36,057 nucleotides of DNA from a virus, in IMG/VR virus record IMGVR_UViG_3300006217_000241; one strand, 5' to 3'. This document shows positions 6,512 through 12,810 of this stretch, piece by piece. Every line of letters begins with the position of its first letter. The first letter of the stretch is position 1. Under the pieces are notes generated by a model, which searched no databases, was not told the origin of the DNA, and saw nothing but the letters and a program-made list of their open reading frames with translations. The position numbers were made by a program, and so were the translations under genes.

Positions 6512-7270
6512 ATGGCGAGGAAACGAATGATAGATCCTTCTATGTGGATAAATGAAGATTTTGGTACATTATCAACATTAGGAAAATTAGTATTTATAGG
6601 TTTGTTTTCAAATGCCGATGATGAAGGTAGAGGAAAAGCGAACCCAGCATTTATTAAGGCTGTCCTTTTTCCTTACAATGATGATTTAAGAATTGCCGAT
6701 ATTGAAAAGACCTTATTTGAAATAAGCTCTAAGATGTCCGTAATCTTTTACTCTTGTAACGAAAATAAGTATTACACCCTTATTAGCTGGAGCAATTTCC
6801 AAAAAATAGACAAGCCTAAAGCAAGCCAAATACCAAAATATGATGAAAACAATCCAGCTATTCGACGACTATTCGACGAGCATTCGACGACTGTTCGACG
6901 ACATGTCGTCCCTAATAGAATAGAAAAGAATAGAATGGAAATAGAAAAGAATAAGAATAGAAATAAAAAAGAATTTGTGCCTCCAAAGTTAGAAGAAGTT
7001 GAAAACTACACGAAAGAAAAAAATTTGAAGGTAAATGCTAAAGACTTTTTCGAGTATTTTGAAGCAGGAAATTGGATTGACAGTAAAGGAAAACAAGTAA
7101 AAAATTGGAAGCAAAAGATATTAACATGGAATAGTTTTAATGAAAGTAAGGAGGGACAGATTGGAAGAAATACAAAGGATAGTAAAAGTAGCAGATATAA
7201 AGAAATTGATTTACAGCAAAATAGAGCAACAAAAACAAGAAAAGAAATTGATGACAGCGACCTTATATGA
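6512..7270 (+). CDS. Phage replisome organizer / DnaD-like replication initiation protein
   Basis: The N-terminus KRMIDPSMWINEDFGTLSTLGKLVFIGLFSNADDEGRG is the replisome-organizer N-terminal signature. The C-terminal motif is F..YFEAGNW...NWKQKILTW. The gene contains an iteron array. Confidence 0.8.
   Translation: MARKRMIDPSMWINEDFGTLSTLGKLVFIGLFSNADDEGRGKANPAFIKAVLFPYNDDLRIADIEKTLFEISSKMSVIFYSCNENKYYTLISWSNFQKIDKPKASQIPKYDENNPAIRRLFDEHSTTVRRHVVPNRIEKNRMEIEKNKNRNKKEFVPPKLEEVENYTKEKNLKVNAKDFFEYFEAGNWIDSKGKQVKNWKQKILTWNSFNESKEGQIGRNTKDSKSSRYKEIDLQQNRATKTRKEIDDSDLI
6858..6910 (+). repeat. Iteron array (4 x 11 bp) plus terminal palindrome: candidate origin of replication
   Basis: CTATTCGACGA, CTATTCGACGA, GCATTCGACGA and CTGTTCGACGA lie head to tail (6858-6901). 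They run into the perfect 14-bp palindrome GACGACATGTCGTC (6897-6910). The array is locally GC-rich. Confidence 0.65.
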
Positions 7271-7940
7271 ATGTGAAAAGTGCAAGGATACAGGAATTAT
7301 ATATAATGCAAAAACAAATTCTGCAAGAATTTGCGAGTGTGAAGAAAGAAGAAGATATCAAGAGCTACTTAAAAAGAGTGGAATAAGTAAAAATTTTCAA
7401 AAAATTGGATTTAAAGAATTTGTAGCAAAAACACAATTTCAAAAACTTGCAAAATCTATTGCTATTGAGTATGTAAAAATTTTTGAAAATATAGAAAGTA
7501 AAAGACAGAATAGTATAGCTTTTTTAGGTAATTGTGGAGCAGGAAAAACACATTTAAGTATAGCGATAGCGAATAATTTAATGTCAAAAAATATTGGAGT
7601 TTTGTATATGGCATATAGAGAAGAAGTAACAAGGATAAAGCAAATAATAACAGATGATGAAGAGTATGCAAAAACAATGAATAGATATAAAAATGCAAGA
7701 GTTCTGCTGATAGATGATTTTGCAAAAGGAAAGACAACAGAAAGCGATATAAATATTATGTTTGAAATAATTAATTTTAGATATTTGAATAATAAACCTG
7801 TAATTTTATCTAGTGAGTTGATACAAAACCAATTACTTGATTTTGATGAAGCAACTGGAAGTAGAATAATAGAAATGTGTAGAGGTCGAATAGTTGAAGT
7901 AATTGGATTAGAGAATAATTATAGATTGAAAAAGGAGTGA
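7161..7940 (+). CDS. DnaC/DnaI-like helicase loader ATPase
   Basis: Walker A is GNCGAGKTH and Walker B is VLLIDDF. There is an N-terminal Cys cluster CEKCKDTG...CEC. The start is uncertain: TTG at 7161 sits 5 nt after the strong SD AAGGAGGG, and the alternatives are ATG 7251 and ATG 7140. Confidence 0.8.
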   Translation: MEEIQRIVKVADIKKLIYSKIEQQKQEKKLMTATLYECEKCKDTGIIYNAKTNSARICECEERRRYQELLKKSGISKNFQKIGFKEFVAKTQFQKLAKSIAIEYVKIFENIESKRQNSIAFLGNCGAGKTHLSIAIANNLMSKNIGVLYMAYREEVTRIKQIITDDEEYAKTMNRYKNARVLLIDDFAKGKTTESDINIMFEIINFRYLNNKPVILSSELIQNQLLDFDEATGSRIIEMCRGRIVEVIGLENNYRLKKE

Positions 7941-7944
7941 ATTT

Positions 7945-8112
7945 ATGGGATGGAATGCAAAACATAATTGTTCTAATTGCGAATTTAGAATAGACCAGAT
8001 TAATTATAGAAATGACGAAATCCCAATGTGTATCTTAGATAATAGACAGGTAGGTTTATTAGAAAATTGTGAAAAATATGTAGAGAAAACAGGAAGACAC
8101 TTTACTACTTGA
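7945..8112 (+). CDS. Small Cys-rich protein (55 aa)
   Basis: SD AAGGAG lies upstream of the ATG. Cys pattern: CSNC...C...C. Confidence 0.45.
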   Translation: MGWNAKHNCSNCEFRIDQINYRNDEIPMCILDNRQVGLLENCEKYVEKTGRHFTT

Positions 8113-8127
8113 GAGGAGGCTGTTTGT

Positions 8128-8685
8128 ATGAATTTCGTTGAACCAATTAGAGATAAAACAGTTGTAGAAGATATATATATTGATTTAAATAAAAAAAATA
8201 AAAGAGATGCTTTGCTATTTATGTTAGGGTTGCATACAGGGTTAAGAATTTCAGACATTTTGAAATTTAAAATACGAGATTTAATGAAAACGTATTATAA
8301 CATTCGAGAGCAAAAGACAGGCAAACAGAAGAGCTATGAATGGAATCCATATTTAAAAAGAATAATTGATGAATATGTAGAGGGCAAAGATCCAGATGAA
8401 TATGCGTTTAGAAGTAGACAAACGTTGAAACCAATTACTAGACAGAGAGCATATCAGATAATAAAGCAAGTATGTGAAAAACATGGTATTCACAATGCAG
8501 GAACACATACATTAAGAAAAACTTTTGGATATTTTATTTATATAGAAAGTGGTAAAGATGTTTCAATGGTAATGGATATTTTAAATCATTCAAATCAAGA
8601 AACGACTTTGAGATATATCGGAATAACACAATTAAGAAATAATAAAAAAATGCAACAATTAAAATTTTTTAATATAAAAAAATAG
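8128..8685 (+). CDS. Small tyrosine recombinase (catalytic domain only, 185 aa)
   Basis: The catalytic signature is GLRISD (Arg), HTLRKTF (His-x-x-Arg) and HSNQETTLRYI (His...Tyr). SD GAGGAGG lies upstream. Confidence 0.85.
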   Translation: MNFVEPIRDKTVVEDIYIDLNKKNKRDALLFMLGLHTGLRISDILKFKIRDLMKTYYNIREQKTGKQKSYEWNPYLKRIIDEYVEGKDPDEYAFRSRQTLKPITRQRAYQIIKQVCEKHGIHNAGTHTLRKTFGYFIYIESGKDVSMVMDILNHSNQETTLRYIGITQLRNNKKMQQLKFFNIKK

Positions 8686-8688
8686 TAT

Positions 8689-8802
8689 AGTTTTACATAT
8701 TTAGAAAAAGTAAACTCAATGAAAACATTTTTTTGAAATGTATGTGGCAGTAGTAAAAGATAAAATCGCATGAGTTTAACAAAATATAAGATATGTAAAA
8801 CT
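8689..8802. repeat. Nested inverted repeats immediately downstream of the tyrosine recombinase
   Basis: The outer pair is AGTTTTACATAT (8689-8700) and ATATGTAAAACT (8791-8802), a perfect 12-bp inverted repeat. The nested pair is TAAACTCA (8711-8718) and TGAGTTTA (8771-8778). Confidence 0.7.
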
Positions 8803-8872
8803 TAAACAAAAAAGTGAGAAACACAGAAAAAAAGAAAGGAAAAGAGAGAAAACGATAGATAAATATATAAAT

Positions 8873-9061
8873 TTGAATGGCAAATGTAGTACATGTTTTG
8901 GATGTAATGAATTAGAAAATATGTTTTTTAAAGGGAAATATGAATGTGATAATTACATATCAGTAAATGAAGAAGAAATAGGTAGAAATATTTTTGTTGG
9001 GAAACAAATGAGAATAAGTGAGGTCAAGGAAAATGAAAGTAATAGAAAAAGCTATAAATAA
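8873..9061 (+). CDS. Hypothetical Cys-rich protein (62 aa, TTG start)
   Basis: It is an open frame only, with no convincing SD. Cys pattern: CSTCFGC...C. Confidence 0.3.
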   Translation: MNGKCSTCFGCNELENMFFKGKYECDNYISVNEEEIGRNIFVGKQMRISEVKENESNRKSYK

Positions 9062-9260
9062 TGAAAAACAAAAAGAAAGAGAGTTAAAGAGAATGCTAAA
9101 AATACAAACAATACTAATAATTATTGTAGCATTAATATTTTTGATAGTGAGCTTTAAAGCGATGAAAATATCAATAGAATATGAAGCATTAAAACAAGAA
9201 AAAGAAAATTTAGAAATATTAGTAGAAGCACAACAAGAAAGAATAAAATTAGAGAATTAA
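9033..9260 (+). CDS. Small membrane-anchored coiled-coil protein (75 aa)
   Basis: The ATG at 9033 follows GAGG..AAGGA. It has a TM helix ILIIIVALIFLIVSF and then a heptad-like tail. Confidence 0.5.
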   Translation: MKVIEKAINNEKQKERELKRMLKIQTILIIIVALIFLIVSFKAMKISIEYEALKQEKENLEILVEAQQERIKLEN

Positions 9261-9279
9261 AAAATAGGAGGAAAATATT

Positions 9280-9534
9280 ATGAAAAAAATAAAAAAGATT
9301 ATTTTAATAGGAATTATATTAGCAGGAATAGTGTTATTAGCAGGATGTGGAAACAAAGATATGTTTGATACTAATTATACATACACAAAAGCTATAACAT
9401 ATATAGGAAATGAGAGAATGGAAATAAATATAAGGCAATGGAGCGATTATGATGGAGAACAAATACAAATTATAGGACAAGATGGAAAAATATATTTAGT
9501 ATCAAGTTTTAACACAATTTTAATTAGAGAATAG
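9280..9534 (+). CDS. Lipoprotein (84 aa)
   Basis: The signal peptide has the lipobox LLAGC (MKKIKKIILIGIILAGIVLLAGCGNKD). SD AGGAGG lies upstream. Confidence 0.7.
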   Translation: MKKIKKIILIGIILAGIVLLAGCGNKDMFDTNYTYTKAITYIGNERMEINIRQWSDYDGEQIQIIGQDGKIYLVSSFNTILIRE

Positions 9535-9544
9535 AGGAGGAAAA

Positions 9545-9940
9545 ATGGAAATAGAAACAGGAGAGTATGTAAGAACTTATTTTGGAGAAATTGGAAAATG
9601 CATTGATAAATCTTTTGAAAGTTGTGTAATTGATTTTAACAAAGAAGAGCATGAAGAGTTTTTTGAAGATGAATTTGAAGAAGAAATAAAAAACCACAGC
9701 AAAAACATAATAGATTTAATAGAAGCAGGCGACTTCGTAAATGGCTATAAAGTATTAGAAATAACAAATAGTATTTATGAAAGTTCAAAAAGAATATTAG
9801 TTTATAGAAATGAAAAAGAAAGCTATGAAAGATGGATTTATATACAGGAATATAACGGAAAAATACATACTCAAGATGATATAGTATCAATAGTAACAAA
9901 AGAACAGTTTGAGCAAGTAGAATATGTAGTGGAGGAATGA
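9545..9940 (+). CDS. Hypothetical acidic protein (131 aa)
   Basis: SD GAGGAGG lies upstream. It contains the acidic stretch EEHEEFFEDEFEEE. Confidence 0.6.
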   Translation: MEIETGEYVRTYFGEIGKCIDKSFESCVIDFNKEEHEEFFEDEFEEEIKNHSKNIIDLIEAGDFVNGYKVLEITNSIYESSKRILVYRNEKESYERWIYIQEYNGKIHTQDDIVSIVTKEQFEQVEYVVEE

Positions 9941-9942
9941 AA

Positions 9943-10074
9943 ATGAGTTCAGGTGAATTTTATTTATTTTTAAACGGTAAATTGTGGGAATTAAAATGGT
10001 GTCAGTATGATTATTTTGCAACACAAGATATATTAAAAGAAATAGAATATGCTAGAGGAGCAGTAAGAGTATAA
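9943..10074 (+). CDS. Hypothetical small protein (43 aa)
   Basis: SD GGAGGA lies upstream of the ATG at 9943. Confidence 0.35.
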   Translation: MSSGEFYLFLNGKLWELKWCQYDYFATQDILKEIEYARGAVRV

Positions 10075-10106
10075 GCAAGTAGAATATGTAATAGAGGAGA
10101 GAGAAA

Positions 10107-10365
10107 ATGAACAAGCAAGAATTAATAGAATTTATTGAAATACTAGATAGAAATGAAGTACATATAGAAAATGGACGGGAAAATATTAGCATTTATAAAG
10201 TATGCTGATTTAGATAGATTTACACAAATACTAGGAATAGATAGTGAAAATTGTGTGAATTGCATATTAAGAAATGAATGTGCAGTAGTAAATTTAATAG
10301 ATATTGACACTTTAGATTGTGAAGAAATAGAACTTATCGAAAATAGATATAAAACAAAGGAGTGA
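10107..10365 (+). CDS. Early gene split by a +1 frame break at an in-frame CGG (23-codon stub plus 62-codon body)
   Basis: The ATG at 10107 has the strong SD AGAGGAGAGAG, but its frame stops at 10206. The 64-aa track ORF (10171-10365) is in the +1 frame and has no SD. CGG at 10176-10178 lies in the 38-nt overlap. Confidence 0.5.
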
Positions 10366-10369
10366 TAAA

Positions 10370-10522
10370 ATGACAGAACATATAGTAAGTAGTGCAATAG
10401 TAGATGATACAGTATGTGCAATAAAATTTTGTGAAATAGAAGAGGATTGCACACACAAAAAAATGATGAAGTGTATAAAACAATATTTTGAAAAGAAAGT
10501 TACTTGCATTGACTTGCATTGA
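10370..10522 (+). CDS. Small Cys-rich protein (50 aa)
   Basis: SD AAGGAG lies upstream of the ATG at 10370. The 3-prime end runs into a decamer tandem repeat. Confidence 0.4.
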   Translation: MTEHIVSSAIVDDTVCAIKFCEIEEDCTHKKMMKCIKQYFEKKVTCIDLH

Positions 10523-10550
10523 CTTGCACTGACTAGTAATTGACTAGTTG
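10502..10550 (+). repeat. Tandem 10-11 bp repeats carrying phased TTGACT motifs
   Basis: ACTTGCATTG, ACTTGCATTG, ACTTGCACTG, ACTAGTAATTG and ACTAGTTG lie in tandem. TTGACT occurs at 10509, 10519 and 10540, and CTGACT at 10529. Confidence 0.7.
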
Positions 10551-10571
10551 AGAAAAAGGAGGAATAAAAAA

Positions 10572-10790
10572 ATGCTTAAAATAAAAGATAATGTAGATTT
10601 AAAAGAATTAGAAAAGTTTGGGTTTTGTAATGAAGTAGGTTACTTACAAAAAGATGATACTTGTATTACTTATTATATAAATAAAGATACAAAAAGAATA
10701 GAAATATATATCGGTTGCGGAGAAGAATGTATTGTAGATAATACATTATATGACTTAATTCAAGCAAGTTTAGTAGAAAAAATCAATTAA
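10572..10790 (+). CDS. Hypothetical protein (72 aa)
   Basis: SD AAGGAGG lies upstream of the ATG at 10572. The TTG at 10548 in the ORF track has no SD of its own and precedes this one, so ATG 10572 is the more likely start. Confidence 0.55.
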   Translation: MLKIKDNVDLKELEKFGFCNEVGYLQKDDTCITYYINKDTKRIEIYIGCGEECIVDNTLYDLIQASLVEKIN

Positions 10791-10837
10791 TAAAATCAAA
10801 GGGAAATGTACAGATAAAGAATGGGATTCTTGTAGAG

Positions 10838-11143
10838 TTGAAAAAATGGGCTGTGAACGGATGCTTTTATAACAAAGATAAAATGAATATAGAAGAAGCT
10901 AAAGAACAATTACAATCATGGATTAATTATATGAAAAATAATAAAGAGAAAGTAAATAAAGCAGATTTAATAATAAATTGTTTAGAAACAGTATTACAAG
11001 AATTAGATAATAGTATAAGCAAAGATAAAGTAAAAGAAAAGATAGAAGAATTTAACAATAAATTAAATATTAGAGGAGAAAGACAGAATGGAAGAACATA
11101 TGCTATATATGGAAAAAACGAATTATTAGAAACAAAGGAGTAA
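10838..11143 (+). CDS. Hypothetical protein (start uncertain: TTG 10838 or ATG 10883)
   Basis: It is an open frame with a coiled-coil-like sequence. No clear SD precedes either start. Confidence 0.45.
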   Translation: MKKWAVNGCFYNKDKMNIEEAKEQLQSWINYMKNNKEKVNKADLIINCLETVLQELDNSISKDKVKEKIEEFNNKLNIRGERQNGRTYAIYGKNELLETKE

Positions 11144-11145
11144 AA

Positions 11146-11331
11146 ATGTTAGATGAAGCAATAGAACTAATAAAAAAACAAATAAATATGTATGAAATAC
11201 AATATCAGAATATATCAACTAGTGTAAGAAGAATAGAGAGTGAAGAAATCATCAAGAGAAAAATGATAAAAGAGGTAAAAATAAGAGAATACATATTGAA
11301 AATTTTAAAACAGAAGAAGGAGGAAAAATAA
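11146..11331 (+). CDS. Hypothetical protein (61 aa)
   Basis: SD AAGGAG lies upstream. Confidence 0.5.
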   Translation: MLDEAIELIKKQINMYEIQYQNISTSVRRIESEEIIKRKMIKEVKIREYILKILKQKKEEK

Positions 11332-11333
11332 GA

Positions 11334-11786
11334 ATGTCAAGAAAAAAAAGAATTTTAACAGAAGAAGAAAAAGCGAAGATAATAGAGGCAAAAAAAGAAT
11401 TAAAAAATTACAAGCATGATATAAAGTATATAAACGAAAAAATAGATGATACAGAAGAAACAAAAGCAAAATTAGAGAAGATTACGGCATCGTGGTTACA
11501 AACCAAGACAAATAGTTCAAATGAAAGTCCAGATAAATTTGCAGATGTAATAAGTGACGTAGAAGATTTAAAAATAGAATGTAAAGATAGACTACAAGCA
11601 TTAATGCTAAAAAAGATTGATATTGATAATAAAATAGATTCAATGAAATATCCATATAAAACACTATTGTATCTTAGATATGTTAGATGCAAAGGTTGGG
11701 TAGATATAGCATCGGAATTAGATTATTCGCTGAGACAAGTTCATTATTTACATGGAGATGCTTTGTATGAATATTCAAAAATATAA
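11334..11786 (+). CDS. Putative late-gene transcriptional activator (sigma-70 region-4-like HTH; ArpU/RinA/DUF1492-type)
   Basis: The C-terminus is LLYLRYVRCKGWVDIASELDYSLRQVHYLHGDALYEY. It is the last early gene before the packaging module. SD AAGGAGG lies upstream. Confidence 0.5.
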   Translation: MSRKKRILTEEEKAKIIEAKKELKNYKHDIKYINEKIDDTEETKAKLEKITASWLQTKTNSSNESPDKFADVISDVEDLKIECKDRLQALMLKKIDIDNKIDSMKYPYKTLLYLRYVRCKGWVDIASELDYSLRQVHYLHGDALYEYSKI

Positions 11787-11792
11787 AAAGGT

Positions 11793-11842
11793 TGCACTAA
11801 ATTTCATTGAAGTGCACTAAAAAAATGTGATATTATTATAAT
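11793..11842 (+). promoter_or_regulatory. Candidate late promoter with a duplicated TGCACTAAA box
   Basis: TGCACTAAA occurs at 11793-11801 and 11813-11821, 20 bp apart. The second box occupies the -35 position relative to TATAAT at 11837-11842. Confidence 0.4.
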
Positions 11843-12045
11843 AGCAAATCTAAAAATTGATAAAAAATAATTAAATTTTGTAAAAATAGAATAATATAAT
11901 AAAAAATATCATATAATATTTATAGAAACTATTTATAAAACAAAAGGAGGGCTATTAAGGTCTAAAAATAAAATATACATAAAATTTAATTATTTTAAAT
12001 GGGAAGCATACAGTAGATGATACACATCTCTTTCAAACTAAAAAA

Positions 12046-12246
12046 ATGAAGGAGGTGGAGAGTAAGGAAAAAGAAAAGAAGAGCAAAGAAAAAAATAATA
12101 CAAAAGATAATAATAGGAATAACTGTGACAATGATATTAGTTGTTACAATAAAACTAAAGATAAAAATAAATGTAAATTTGGAATTAAATATAAATTACA
12201 CAAAAAATATAACGATATAAATAGATTAGAGCTTATCAAAAGATAG
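12046..12246 (+). CDS. Doubtful Lys/Asn-rich ORF (66 aa)
   Basis: It has no SD upstream and is low-complexity. Its stop lies inside a terminator hairpin. Confidence 0.25.
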   Translation: MKEVESKEKEKKSKEKNNTKDNNRNNCDNDISCYNKTKDKNKCKFGIKYKLHKKYNDINRLELIKR

Positions 12247-12256
12247 GCTCTTTTAT
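12229..12256 (+). terminator. Rho-independent terminator
   Basis: GAGCTTATC-AAAA-GATAGGCTC forms a 9-bp stem with one G-U pair. TTTTATTAT follows. Confidence 0.6.
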
Positions 12257-12275
12257 TATGCAAAGGAGAATGAAA

Positions 12276-12425
12276 ATGGCAGGTAGTAGAATAGCACAAG
12301 AAATAGATAGAGAATATAGAATAAAACAATTTTATAAAAATAAAAAAGTAAGACAACAAAAATGCAAAGATAAAAATTGTGAAGAATGTAGGTTTAAATC
12401 GATTTGTACAAGCTATGGGGAGTGA
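12276..12425 (+). CDS. Small Cys-rich protein (49 aa)
   Basis: SD AAAGGAG lies 7 nt upstream of the ATG at 12276. Cys pattern: C-x4-C-x2-C-x6-C. Confidence 0.45.
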   Translation: MAGSRIAQEIDREYRIKQFYKNKKVRQQKCKDKNCEECRFKSICTSYGE

Positions 12426-12429
12426 TGTA

Positions 12430-12810
12430 ATGGGAAATGAAGATGAAAAGCAAATTAGAGTGAGTAAAAATCGAAAATATAAGAATGCAGAAGAAATGAA
12501 AGTAGTAATAGATGATTATTTTAATATGTGTAATGATAATAGACGTCCATATACTGTTTCAGGGCTTGCTAGACATTTAGGATTAACAAGAAAAACTTTA
12601 TTAGAGTATCAGAATAAATATGAAGGGGAGTATGCTGAACTTATAGAAGATGCAAAAACTAGAATAGAGGAATTTGTTGAATCATGTTTGTTTAAGAATG
12701 GTATAGCGACGGGGACAATTTTTAATTTAAAGAATAATTTTGGTTGGAATGATAAACAGGAAGTTGAGCATTCTGGCGATGTTAATGTAAAATTAGAGGA
12801 TTTAATATGA
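12430..12810 (+). CDS. terS: Terminase small subunit
   Basis: RPYTVSGLARHLGLTRKTLLEYQ (HTH) and the C-terminal IFNLKNNFGWNDKQE are typical TerS motifs. The ATG at 12430 follows GGGGAG. The GTG at 12379 in the ORF track overlaps the upstream small gene. Confidence 0.8.
   Translation: MGNEDEKQIRVSKNRKYKNAEEMKVVIDDYFNMCNDNRRPYTVSGLARHLGLTRKTLLEYQNKYEGEYAELIEDAKTRIEEFVESCLFKNGIATGTIFNLKNNFGWNDKQEVEHSGDVNVKLEDLI

Noticed and set aside
7140-7160. ATG 7140 as the loader start (as listed in the ORF track)
   Set aside because: No SD precedes it. The strong SD at 7148-7155 lies downstream of it and serves the TTG at 7161.
7462-7737. 91-aa minus-strand ORF inside the helicase-loader gene. This stands for the same class at 8004-8258, 9636-9899, 10143-10519, 11408-11692, 12144-12359, 15169-15667, 16061-16252, 16710-16904, 17187-17372, 17949-18212, 21304-21631, 22609-23171, 25914-26177, 26385-26642, 32473-32778 and 34614-35018.
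   Set aside because: All are antisense to well-supported genes. They lack Shine-Dalgarno sequences. They translate to low-complexity Leu/Phe/Ser/Ile-rich strings, as expected from the reverse complement of A/G-rich coding DNA.
12046-12246. An alternative-frame hydrophobic reading (KKIIQKIIIGITVTMILVVTIKL...) behind the strong SD at 12049-12058
   Set aside because: No ATG, GTG or TTG start lies in that frame after the SD. It cannot be supported as a gene from sequence alone.
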